Assembly: GCA_034520965.1 (NCBI GenBank) | Contig: JAXHMY010000001.1 | Span: 64,001 to 128,000 of the forward strand | Length of the DNA stretch: 64,000 bases | Direction of reading: 5' to 3' | From: Spirochaetia bacterium | Lineage (GTDB): Bacteria; Spirochaetota; Spirochaetia; DSM-16054; Sediminispirochaetaceae | Shown here: positions 49,170 to 59,580 of the stretch, in pieces | Layout: the number at the start of each line of letters is the position of its first letter | How positions within the stretch are numbered: position 1 is the stretch's first letter | Made by a program: the position numbers and the translations under genes | The notes under the pieces: generated by a model | What the model saw: the letters and a program-made list of their open reading frames with translations, nothing else | What the model was told of the DNA's origin: nothing | Database searches by the model: none

Positions 49170-50910
49170 CCCGTATTAGCCCCGTCTTTCGGCAGTACAA
49201 CCACCACCCGGGTACCCTTACCGTAGGTACTAAAAACCCTAATTCCATATCTTTGTCCGAACTGAAGCTGCAGACGGGCATTTACATTGCGCAAGCCGAT
49301 ACTTCTGCGCGATTTCACCGTATCTGTATCGTTTCTTAGCTTATCCCTGAGAGCACGCAGCTCCTCCGGCTTCATTCCTACACCGTTATCTTCAATAACA
49401 ATTATGTGTGCCCTTCTCTGCACACAGCCCTTCACGGTTACGCGCCATTCATCTTTTTTACTTTGAAGCCCATGGTCAAATGCATTTTCCACAATCGGCT
49501 GTAAAATGAATTGGGGAATAGGAGTATTCAGTACTTCCGGCTCAACCTCTACCTTGACCTTGCATCTCCCGGAAAACCGGTGCTCCTGGACGAGCAAATA
49601 GTTTTTACTATGCGCAAGTTCTTGGGAGAGAGTAACCAAATCGTGCTGATACCCCACCGTATATCTAAACATATCTCCCACCGCCCGTGCGATGGTGTAC
49701 ACCTCCGGCACACCCTTTGCTAGAGCCATTCCACCCAGAAGGTTCAAAGTGTTGTTGAGAAAGTGGGGGTTTATCTGGGCCTGTAATGCCATCAAATGTG
49801 CATCCTTCAACTCCATCTCCTGTTCATACTCTTTTTGCACCAGCACTTTCATCCGCTTCATTAAAGACTCATACCCTTCCTGTAACATGCGTATTTCATC
49901 CCGGTCCTGTCCCAGTATTTTATCAAAACTCGGGGTAGTGGCCTGCCGCATGCTCTCGGAAAGCTCGACTATAGGCCGGCTGATTCGAAGAGAAAAGACA
50001 ATGGAAAGCACAAGGGAGGCGGCCAGCAGTACGAATCCTGTAATCAACCCGACTGCTGCCGTATCCGATGCACTCCCGTTCACAAGCGAGAGGGGAACAG
50101 TTTTTGCTACCATCAGCCTCCCGCCGTTTACGGGCTGAAAAAATACCAAATGTGAAGAGCTTTTTTTAACCGCCGCACGGTCAACAGCGCCTTCCAGGTC
50201 TGAAAGTTGCTGCATAATCGGTGAGGCTATATCTCTTTCAGGGTGTCCAATCAGCACCTCTAACTCGTCATTCAGCAGATATACTGAAGAATCTTCAGTT
50301 GAACCGAGAATCTCCAGGACCTTTTCTGATATGGATTCATCTACCCGGGCATAAAAGACGCCCTGCAGACGCTGGTCTATGAAGCGGTTTACCGTATGCA
50401 GAACGTACACACGGTCATCTGCCAAACGAAGACTCAGCGGGATAGGATGCTCAAACACACCCTTCCATAAAGGACTCTCTGTCTTCGGAAATGAGATATC
50501 ACCGCTAGTTTTATTGTCGATTGTAATTGCCTGTCCGGAGGTATGGCTGTAATAATTAAGCTGATCAATAAGAGCCGAATAGGAGTAATAAGATGCAGCT
50601 AATAATCGGCGTAACTCAAGTTGTGCAGCCCGGCTTGCCCCTTCCGTACGCTCTTTCAAGATCTTCGTTGATCGTTACAAAGCTCTCGTGTATTTGAAGA
50701 GAGTAGAAGAGATCATCAAACCTTAACAGTACCTCTTCAAGATACTGTACAGCCCAACGGACCCGGGTTACATTCGCATCAATAATTTGAGTTTTTACCG
50801 AGGCCTTGGTGTTTTGCACCGCTATCCATGTAAGGGTAAGCACCGGGACCGTCGTAAGCAGGAGCATGAGCACGAGTAATCTGAACCGTAAGCTATGTCG
50901 GCGGACTATA
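49166..50910 (-). CDS. YesM-like sensor kinase (frameshift near 50650; start uncertain)
   Basis: ALQAQINPHFLNNTL, QPIVENAF, IGLRNV; first TM in ORF 50616..50873. Confidence 0.85.
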
Positions 50911-50938
50911 GAAATACGCTCCCCCTTAATCCGAAACC

Positions 50939-52594
50939 TTAATCACAAATACTAACATGCAAGTACTGCAGCTGCACAGTTTCTTTCATGCTATACACGG
51001 TAACTCGCTGATGCCCCGGGCGGGCTGTAAACTCTACCTGATAATCTAAAAATCCTTCGCTATTTTCAAGGGATAACTCACTATTCTGTTCCGTCCCATC
51101 AATCGATACCCGCACCCTGCCCTCCGCCGGAAGGGCGCGCATTCGCAGGGTTAGCTTATACTCCTGCGGTTCCGCCGAAGGGGGTGCATAAAAGTCATAG
51201 GCCGCCCATGCGCCCGGGTTCAGCTGCACATACATCCACTCTTCAGCTTTCCATGGCTCCCCGCCGTTGTGGGCAAAATGCGGAGTTTCTTGATGTGCCC
51301 CCTCAGTTATGTAACCAAAGGGCATGCCGTCGGCCCGCCTAAAATCTATTGAAGCTGCCGGAGGAGATGCCGGCGGACGTTCCGGGGGTTCATCTTTCAA
51401 CGGCCCCGGTTCAAAGCCCTGCCCCCTGTCCTTGTACGAATAGAAGATAGCGGGGATTCGAACCGGCGGTCTTCGAAACAGAGACCTTACTACTTCAGGG
51501 TGATACGCACAGTTATCGAACTTTACATTCTCCAGATACTCCCACAATATAGTGAGGGCCGTATCCTTATCCAGATGCTCCTCTCCCTTAGCAGCAGCCA
51601 CCAGCCGACTCCAACCTTTGGGCTCGACAATAGAAAGCGGTGAATTGTGGGTATCCAGCTTTTTCCACGTCCAGAAGTTCCAGGATATGTCCAGGTCTTC
51701 GAAAAGCTGGAATGCACCGCTGTACCAGTAGGTATTGTTTTCACCACCCTCTCCCATATAAATGGGCAGATTCCATTTATCTCGGGCCTCTGTATACGAG
51801 GCGATGCTCTCCTTGTCGGGGTTGTTCCAGTATTTATGAAACTGCAGCATTACATTGTCATAAAAGGGTTCATGAAATATTGACCAGTCAGTTGCCCAGT
51901 GAACCCCTTCTAATATAATAAGATGCCGTGAATCGACCCTTCGTATCGCCTCGCTTATCCTGTGATACAAAGGCAAAACTTTCTCATTGTACTCGGAAAA
52001 CCAGCTCGGCAGAGGTTCATTCAACAAATCATAACCGGCTAGGATGGTCTCATTTTTATACCGTGAGGCCAGGGCGTGCCAGATTTCTACAGTTCGGTCC
52101 TCATTTTTTTTATCGATAAATAAATCGGGCCGATCAAACTCTGAATCGTCAATATTTGTCCCGGTTTGTCCCCCCGGAGCACCATGAAGGTCCAGAACTA
52201 TGTACACGTTGTAGTGGGCGCACCACTCTACAAGTGTATCAATACGAGCTATCCGTGATTCAATAATTTCTGAAGAAACATCGGATCCGGTTAAATAGCG
52301 GGCATTGATCGGAAGCCGCAGAGAATTAAACCCCTCCAGGGCCATCTGTTGTATATCCGCCTCGCTAATAAAGTTGTCCCAGTAGGCCTCCCAGAATTCA
52401 GCGGCCCTTTGTGGTCCAACTAGATCAGTTATAAGTTTTTCTATGCGACGGGGTCGGTCAGCCTCGCCGGGCATTTTCCACATATATCCCTCCGGTAAAA
52501 ACCAGCTTCCCAGTCCAACCCCCCGCAGCAGGACTTTATGTCCCTGTCCATCTACAAGTTCCTTTCCTCTAGCAGATATAAAACCGTTTACCAT
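50939..52594 (-). CDS. Glycoside hydrolase family 5 with C-terminal CBM-like domain
   Basis: LDLHGAPGGQ, DLLNEP, QFHKY, MGEGGE, WTWKK. Confidence 0.9.
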   Translation of the reverse strand: MVNGFISARGKELVDGQGHKVLLRGVGLGSWFLPEGYMWKMPGEADRPRRIEKLITDLVGPQRAAEFWEAYWDNFISEADIQQMALEGFNSLRLPINARYLTGSDVSSEIIESRIARIDTLVEWCAHYNVYIVLDLHGAPGGQTGTNIDDSEFDRPDLFIDKKNEDRTVEIWHALASRYKNETILAGYDLLNEPLPSWFSEYNEKVLPLYHRISEAIRRVDSRHLIILEGVHWATDWSIFHEPFYDNVMLQFHKYWNNPDKESIASYTEARDKWNLPIYMGEGGENNTYWYSGAFQLFEDLDISWNFWTWKKLDTHNSPLSIVEPKGWSRLVAAAKGEEHLDKDTALTILWEYLENVKFDNCAYHPEVVRSLFRRPPVRIPAIFYSYKDRGQGFEPGPLKDEPPERPPASPPAASIDFRRADGMPFGYITEGAHQETPHFAHNGGEPWKAEEWMYVQLNPGAWAAYDFYAPPSAEPQEYKLTLRMRALPAEGRVRVSIDGTEQNSELSLENSEGFLDYQVEFTARPGHQRVTVYSMKETVQLQYLHVSICD

Positions 52595-52599
52595 ATACT

Positions 52600-53478
52600 C
52601 TATCCTTTCAAGGCCCCTTCGGTGATGCCCTTCATAATATATTTTTGAAGAAAGAGATAAAGGCTTACCATCGGCAGCATCGCCAACACAAGTGTGGCAA
52701 GAATCGCCGACCAATCGTTGTTGCTGTACTGACCAAATAAAATGTTGGTAGAGAGCATTACAGTGTAGTTGTCGCTGTCGGTGATCATAATGAGGGGCAA
52801 GAGAAAATCATTCCACATCCACAGCGTATTCAGGATTATTACAGTGACCGTAATTGGCGCTACCAGGGGAAAAACAACTGTTGCAAAAAAGCGAAACTCA
52901 CCACAGCCGTCAATAAGAGCAGCTTCATCAAGTTCCCGGGGCACCGATTTTATAAAGCCGTGATACAGAAATATGGCCATCGGCACTCCGAGCCCGATAT
53001 AAATGAGGCCCAGGCCGACTGAAGACCCCTGCACATGCACTACCCGGGCTACTTTGGTCAAGGTAATCATTATTGAGTGAAAGGGTATCAGCATCGACAT
53101 GATAAACATACCAAAGAGAAATCCGCTGAGACGGGAGTGGGTCCTGGAGAGTTTATATCCCGACATAGCGCCAAAAAAAACTATTCCCCCAAGCCCCGTA
53201 CTAATAACTACAATGGTGTTCATCATGCTTCTAAGAAAATGGGTTAATTCAAAGGCCTTTTTATAATTAGAGAATCGCATCACCCCGGGGAAAGCAAGAA
53301 TGTTATTCATTATTTCTCCGTCTGTTTTGAGTGAGTTCAGTATTGCCATGCCTATTGGAAAAAGAGCTACTATTGTAGCAGCGAGAAGAATAAAATAACT
53401 AATTCCCTCAAAAAAAGAATATAAGCTCATACTGTAACGCGAAACCCAGGCCGCGGAGGACTTATTTTTTTCCATCAT
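52600..53478 (-). CDS. Carbohydrate ABC permease
   Basis: ELDEAALIDG, WNDFLLP. Confidence 0.93.
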   Translation of the reverse strand: MMEKNKSSAAWVSRYSMSLYSFFEGISYFILLAATIVALFPIGMAILNSLKTDGEIMNNILAFPGVMRFSNYKKAFELTHFLRSMMNTIVVISTGLGGIVFFGAMSGYKLSRTHSRLSGFLFGMFIMSMLIPFHSIMITLTKVARVVHVQGSSVGLGLIYIGLGVPMAIFLYHGFIKSVPRELDEAALIDGCGEFRFFATVVFPLVAPITVTVIILNTLWMWNDFLLPLIMITDSDNYTVMLSTNILFGQYSNNDWSAILATLVLAMLPMVSLYLFLQKYIMKGITEGALKG

Positions 53479-54363
53479 AGTTCAACCTCCCTCTTTTTCA
53501 TAATTCGTAGTTGTATCAGCGTGATAATAAATACCAGGATAAACAGAAGGGTTGCCTTGGCACTGGCATAGCCGTATCGATTACTCATGTTAAAGGCCTC
53601 TTCAAATATATTCAGCGCGATAACCTGGGTGGCCCTTCCGGGCCCGCCGCCGGTGAGTGCATAGACTACCTCAAATACTTTGAAGGCCATATTTAGTGCC
53701 AGGAACATTCCAATGGTAATTGCCGGGAGGATCATCGGCAGCACAATCGAGGTAAACAAACGCATTCTCGAAGCCCCGTCAATCTCCGCCGCCTCCTTCA
53801 GCTGTGAGGGAACTCCTTGAAGTGCCGCAATATAAATTACCATTAAGTACCCGACACCAACCCATAAAGAGACAATCAGAATTGCATAAAATGACCAGAC
53901 CGGATCTCCAATCCATGATTGATCTAAAAAGGAGAAAATACCTAATCCCGCGATTTCCGGCAGAACCTGGGTAAAAATAAATAACCAGACAAACCCGCCG
54001 ATTACCATACTGATCATGTTGGGCATAAAGAGGGTAGTTCTAAAGAGGACCTTCCCCCGTTTTCTCCCCTCAATGAGCACGGCAAGCAATAATGCCAATG
54101 CATTTTGCAATACCACCATGAAAAAGACGATATTTTAAGGTAAAAAGAACAGAATCAAGAAACACTCTATCCTCAGTAAGGGCCTCTACATAATTGCTGA
54201 GACCTACAAATCTGTAGTTTGGATTCAAGCCGTTCCAGTTGGTCATGCCGTACCACACTCCCCCCGCCGCGGGGATAAGCACAAATACGACGTAAAATAA
54301 CAGCGCCGGCATTACAAAAAAAAGTACATTTTTAATTCCATTCCATCTATGTGTAGTACTCAT
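53475..54363 (-). CDS. Carbohydrate ABC permease (frameshift near 54125)
   Basis: EAAEIDGAS, LTGGGP; N-terminus in ORF 54070..54363. Confidence 0.85.
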
Positions 54364-54418
54364 CTGCCCTCCTTTTCTCCCCTGGTTCAGTTACATTTAT
54401 ATAAGAAGGGCAATGAGT

Positions 54419-54462
54419 TGTCTTTCAAGTATGTTAACAGTTTATTTTGTACAATATTGATA
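54419..54462. promoter_or_regulatory. Shared upstream motif of glycan locus (copy 2)
   Basis: TGTCTTT-N5-ATGTTAACA-N15-TATTGATA. Confidence 0.6.
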
Positions 54463-54566
54463 TAGGATCACAGTAACCGGCAACGCGAAGGACTCCAGCA
54501 CACAATACGTCTTAACAAATATTGAGAACTGCTATGTTTGTGCTTATAATTTATGTAAGGTGTTCT

Positions 54567-56069
54567 ATGGTAAAAAAGATTCTTTTAGTCGAAGATGAAG
54601 CTATTATCGCCATGTCCGAAGCCAAAATGCTCCAGAAACACGGATATGAGGTTATTACCGTCTATAATGGGCAGAAAGCTATAGAGAAAGCAGACACAGC
54701 CCCCAATATCTCTCTCATATTGATGGATATAGACCTTGGTCCAGGAATTGACGGAACTGAAACTGCACAGGAAATACTTAAAAAGCATGACCTTCCAATT
54801 GCTTTTCTCTCCTCCCACACCGAACCTAATGTGGTAGAGAGAACGGAGGGAATTACCTCCTACGGTTATATTGTAAAAAACTCCGGAGAAACGGTACTTC
54901 TTGCGGCAATAAAAATGGCGCTGCGACTCTTTGAAGCCAAAATGAAAGAAAAAGAACACAAAAAGGCTCTACTCCACTCGCATGACTTAATGAGTTACAT
55001 TATCGAACACAACCAGAGTGCTGTTGCTGTTCATGATAAAGAGCTCAATTATATCTATGTAAGTAAACAATATTTAAATCAATTTAATGTAGAAAAAAGA
55101 GATGTTATCGGAAAGCACCACTACGAGGTTTTTCCTGATTTACCTCAAAAGTGGAGGGAGGTCCACCAAAGAGCGCTAGCGGGTGAGGTTTCCCATGGTG
55201 AGGACGACCCCTACGAACGGGATGACGGTACCATAGCATGGACACGATGGGAGTGCAGGCCATGGTACGAAGCGGACAACTCAATAGGCGGCATCATTAT
55301 TTATACAGAAGTACTTTCACAAGAAAAGCAGATGCATTCCGATACTCGGGAGACTGTTAATTATCTGCAATCTATCCTAAGAACCACTCGCGACGGGTTC
55401 TGGGTTTTAGATTCAAGAGGAAACTTTATCGATGTAAATAACGCCTACTGTCGGATGTCCGGGTATAAGCGGGATGAAATTTTACACATGCGAATACCGG
55501 ATATAGATGTTGATGATCAGCCACAGGATGTGGCTGATAGGATAAAGCGCATAACTTCAACCGGAAATGAAATATTCCAGGCCCGCCATCGAAGAAAAGA
55601 TGAGAGCACCTTTGATGTAGAGATTTCCGCATCTTTCCTTGGAGGAAGGCAGGATAAAATTATCTGTTTTTGCCGTGATATCACCCAACGAAAACGAGCA
55701 GAAGAGGCTCTTCAGGAGAGTGAGAAAAAATACAGGAGCCTTTTCAACAATCTTAGAGATGCCGTTATAGTGGTGAACAAAAACCGTGAGATAACGGACT
55801 GCAACCCCGCTTTTACCGACCTGTTTGGATATACCCTAGCTGAAATACAGGGTAAAACCACTGCCATGCTGTTTGCCACAGACGAGCACTATGCACAGTT
55901 GGGGAAAATGATGCAGGAACAGGGGGATAATACAGATTTTATTTACCAGCCCATCTACCGTAAAAAGACAGGGGAGACATTCCGGGGTGAGAAAAAAGTA
56001 CAGTACTTAAAAGATGAAAGCGGTGAACGTAAAGGGTTTATCGGACTTATCAGGGATATCTCCGAGTAA
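54567..56069 (+). CDS. REC + three PAS domain protein without output domain
   Basis: ILLVEDE, MDIDL, GYIVK; three PAS/PAC units, ending IRDISE*. Confidence 0.85.
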   Translation: MVKKILLVEDEAIIAMSEAKMLQKHGYEVITVYNGQKAIEKADTAPNISLILMDIDLGPGIDGTETAQEILKKHDLPIAFLSSHTEPNVVERTEGITSYGYIVKNSGETVLLAAIKMALRLFEAKMKEKEHKKALLHSHDLMSYIIEHNQSAVAVHDKELNYIYVSKQYLNQFNVEKRDVIGKHHYEVFPDLPQKWREVHQRALAGEVSHGEDDPYERDDGTIAWTRWECRPWYEADNSIGGIIIYTEVLSQEKQMHSDTRETVNYLQSILRTTRDGFWVLDSRGNFIDVNNAYCRMSGYKRDEILHMRIPDIDVDDQPQDVADRIKRITSTGNEIFQARHRRKDESTFDVEISASFLGGRQDKIICFCRDITQRKRAEEALQESEKKYRSLFNNLRDAVIVVNKNREITDCNPAFTDLFGYTLAEIQGKTTAMLFATDEHYAQLGKMMQEQGDNTDFIYQPIYRKKTGETFRGEKKVQYLKDESGERKGFIGLIRDISE

Positions 56070-56078
56070 ATAGACTTA

Positions 56079-56414
56079 TCAGCCCACCAACTCATTGAGA
56101 CCTTCTAGGACCCTCACGAGTTCCTTCGGCTCTACAGCGCATATCTTTGTTCCTATTCGCTCTGTCGACAACGTACGTACCTGTCCTATCTTTACCCATG
56201 ATTTCTTTGGCAAATGTGTCGACTCTAGGGCAAAAGAGAGCGGAAACCCGGCTCTTTGCGGGCGACTGGTCAGGGCAAGGGCGATTACAGTCCCGGATTT
56301 TTCGTTGAAGATATTGTGGCTGATCACCAGGACGGGACGGAATCCTGCCTGTTCCGATCCTCTTATCGGATTCAGATCAGCCCAGTACACATCTCCCCTT
56401 AATATTCCGGCCAT
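56079..56414 (-). CDS. mazF: MazF/PemK toxin
   Basis: RGDVYWADLNPIRGSEQAGFRPVLVIS. Confidence 0.92.
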   Translation of the reverse strand: MAGILRGDVYWADLNPIRGSEQAGFRPVLVISHNIFNEKSGTVIALALTSRPQRAGFPLSFALESTHLPKKSWVKIGQVRTLSTERIGTKICAVEPKELVRVLEGLNELVG

Positions 56415-56641
56415 TTCTCGTTCTCCGCAAAAAAGCCCTCTTCGGCAAGTGCTCTCTCCCTCGTCGGCTCGATCTTCTCTAACTCACGGGCTAACCTGCT
56501 CTTTTCGTAACGCTCCACCCGTTCGGCAACCGCTTCCTCAAAGAACCTGCTTCTGCTCTCTGTTTTCTGCTCCTGTACGTATCTGTCGACGGACTCAAGC
56601 AGGCGGCTGTCAATGGTAACAGCTATCTTTGCTTTTCCCAT
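56399..56641 (-). CDS. RHH antitoxin paired with MazF
   Basis: KIAVTID..LL..VD...SRSRFFEEAV; overlaps toxin start. Confidence 0.85.
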   Translation of the reverse strand: MGKAKIAVTIDSRLLESVDRYVQEQKTESRSRFFEEAVAERVERYEKSRLARELEKIEPTRERALAEEGFFAENEKWPEY

Positions 56642-56650
56642 ACGCCCCCC

Positions 56651-56677
56651 TTTGGTATGATATTTTATCATACCAAA
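56651..56677. promoter_or_regulatory. Inverted-repeat operator of mazEF-like module
   Basis: TTTGGTATGATA-TTT-TATCATACCAAA. Confidence 0.75.
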
Positions 56678-56820
56678 CTACACATCACAATAGTTCTTTT
56701 TCGAATGCCTCCACGACTTACATCGTACGTCTTGGTATGAATATGAGCTCTGTAATGATTGATAGGTGCAATATAAGCGCTAATCTGTACCGGTGTACGC
56801 CTTCTTTGCAGGTTTATGAA

Positions 56821-58032
56821 TTATTCGGAAAGATAGTGGCGTATCAGCTCGGGGCCGGAAGAGAAAAAACGGCCGGAGGACTTTCCGGAAGCCTCACTAA
56901 AGCGCTGCGTCCTCTCTTCGCCGGCGTGTCTGCTGTCGTACAGCACATAGGGAACCGGCTCGGCCACATGGGTGCGAAGAGAAATGGGGGTAGGATGATC
57001 CGGAAGAATCAGAATACGGTACTCCTGCCCTGAAGCGGCGAGGGCCGCGTGTATTGGGGCAACCACCTTTTGGTCTATCAGTTCCATGGACCGGATCTTA
57101 TCTTTCAGCGAGCCCTGGTGGCCGCTTTCATCCGGCGCCTCTAGGTGCAGATAGACATAGTCGGTATCCCCGGTCAGGGCCTCTATAGCCGCAGAGGCTT
57201 TTCCGTCAAAGTTGGTATGGATATTACCGGTTGCCCCGTCTACATGAATCGGCTCAAGCCCCGATAGAATACCAATGCCGTAGATTAGATCCACCGCAGA
57301 GATGACCGCCCCTTTGAGCCCATAACGCTGTTGAAAGGAAGAGAGCTGCGGCCGTTTTCCCTCTCCCCATATCCAGATGGAGTTGGCGGGGTTTTCTCCC
57401 CGCTCTTTTCTTTTCAGATTAATTGGGTGAGTCTCGAGCAGCTCAAGAGAGCGGGAGGTCATATCTAAAAAAACCTGCCCATGGGCACCGCCGGGCAGAT
57501 AATCGGCAATACTCTGCCCCAGAATATCGTGGGGCGGGGTAAGCTCGAAACCCCAGGGGCCGTCTTTCCACACCAGCAGGTGCCGGTAACTTACTCCAGG
57601 ATAAAAGCGGAGGCTCTCGCTTCCGAGCTGCTCATTGATCAATTCAATCAGCTCGCGGGCTTCCTCATTACTGACCTCGCCGGCGGAGTGGTCCAGCATG
57701 CGCCTCGATTCCAATGCTCCCTCACCTTCCAGGCTTACCAGATTACATCGAAAGGCAATATCACTTTCGGAGAGCTCAACCCCCATACTCGCCGCTTCAA
57801 GGGGCGAACGGCCGGTGTGGTATACCTCCGGTTCATAGCCCATCAGTGCCAGGTTGGCCACATCCGAGCCTGGAGCCATTCCGTCGGGAACGGTCTTTAC
57901 CATCCCTACCTCGCCTCTGCGTGCCAGGGAATTCGTGGCGGGGATTTCAGCGGCTTCCAGGGGGGTTTTTCCGTCAAGCTCATCAATAGGATAGTCGGCC
58001 ATTCCATCTACAAGAATTGTGATATATTTCAT
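56821..58032 (-). CDS. apgM: Cofactor-independent phosphoglycerate mutase family protein (archaeal ApgM type)
   Basis: DGMAD, PGSDVANL, EAPDESGH, PDHPTP; coupled to thrC. Confidence 0.88.
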   Translation of the reverse strand: MKYITILVDGMADYPIDELDGKTPLEAAEIPATNSLARRGEVGMVKTVPDGMAPGSDVANLALMGYEPEVYHTGRSPLEAASMGVELSESDIAFRCNLVSLEGEGALESRRMLDHSAGEVSNEEARELIELINEQLGSESLRFYPGVSYRHLLVWKDGPWGFELTPPHDILGQSIADYLPGGAHGQVFLDMTSRSLELLETHPINLKRKERGENPANSIWIWGEGKRPQLSSFQQRYGLKGAVISAVDLIYGIGILSGLEPIHVDGATGNIHTNFDGKASAAIEALTGDTDYVYLHLEAPDESGHQGSLKDKIRSMELIDQKVVAPIHAALAASGQEYRILILPDHPTPISLRTHVAEPVPYVLYDSRHAGEERTQRFSEASGKSSGRFFSSGPELIRHYLSE

Positions 58033-59517
58033 TGTAACAAATCCTCCACCACCTGTTTCATCGCATTCTTTTCGCAGGTATCCGGATGCCGTACCGGCCG
58101 GTCTGCAATGCCCCGGATTGGTTCGGGCACCTTCAGCCCGGCGGTCTGAGCAATAAGATCAATCAACTCGAAGTCGCTCCGCCCTTCTGTTTCCACACCC
58201 AGGGCTTCGGCCACACTGCGGCCGAATTTAAAAGGACTTGCGGTAGAGGCTATCAAGGTTGGGCTGTGGTCGCCGCTCTTTTCGACGTATTGGCGATATA
58301 CCCGATAGCCCACCGCGGTATGGGTATCGACCAGATATCCGTATTCACGGAAAAGCTCACCGATAGTCTCCACTGTCTGTGCATCGTCGGCGTAGTCACC
58401 GTAAAAATTATGCATCCCCGCCTTCATTTCCGCGGGTATCTCGTAAAAGCCACGCCCCTTCAACTGCTGCATAAGAGCGACCACTGTTTCCGAATTTCTG
58501 CCCGACAGCTCGTAGAGGAAACGTTCGAGATTACTTGAGATAAGAATGTCCATGGAAGGGCTGATTGTAGCCGAAAAGTTTCCGGTTCAGGTCGTACCGC
58601 CCGGTAGTAATAAAATCGGTAAGTACATTGTTCCGGTTAGAGGCACAGATAAACTTCTTTACCGGCAGACCCATCTGACCGGCGTACCAGGCGGCCAGTA
58701 TGTTGCCGAAATTGCCGGTGGGCACCACCACATTGACCGGCTCACCCGCGGCTATCCCGCCCCGACGCTGCAGTTCAAGGTAGCCGTTGATATAATAGAC
58801 GATCTGCGGCAGAAGCCGGCCCGGGTTAATGGAGTTTGCCGAGGAAAACCGGTAGCCCCTCCCGGATAGCAGCTCACGCAGCTGCTCATCACCAAAAATT
58901 TCCTTTACCCCGTTTTGGGCATCGTCAAAATTTCCGGAGATACCCACTACATGGGTATTTTGCCCCTCCTGGGTGGTCATTTGCCGTTTCTGAACCTCGC
59001 TCACCCCATTTGTGGGATAAAAAACAACAATTTTCACTCCCTCTACATCTGCAAAGCCTTCCAGGGCCGCCTTTCCGGTATCTCCACTGGTGGCGGTGAG
59101 AATAACAATAGTGTCTTCAATGCCGAGCTTTTTCGCAGCTGTAGTCAGGAATTGCGGGAGAATCGAGAGGGCCATATCCTTGAAGGCCAGGGTCTGTCCA
59201 TGGTGCAGTTCGATAAAATGTGCTTCTCCACAGCTGTGGATAGGCGCAATCCCCTGGTCCCGGAACTTATCGTCGTAGGCTCCTTTGACACAAGCCGTCA
59301 GTTCTTCTGCAGTGAAATCCGGAATATACAGCGAGAGTATATGCTCGGCGAGCTGCCGGTAAGAGAGGGCCCTTAGATGAGGGTCGGTTATATCAATTGG
59401 GGGAAACTCGGAGGGGACGTACAAGCCTCCATCCGGAGCAATGCCCCGTACAACCGCCTCCGCGAAGGATACGGGGTCTTTTCCGTCTCTGGTACTGTAG
59501 TATGTTATATCTGCCAT
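58029..59517 (-). CDS. thrC: Threonine synthase (frameshift near 58570)
   Basis: YYSTR, TLAFKDMAL, ATSGDTG, SANSIN, VPTGNFGN, MDILISSNLER. Confidence 0.92.
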
Positions 59518-59580
59518 ACCCCATAATAGATGAAGCGGCGGGGCTGTTCAAGCATTTCGGTACTTCAGGAAAGACTCCCC

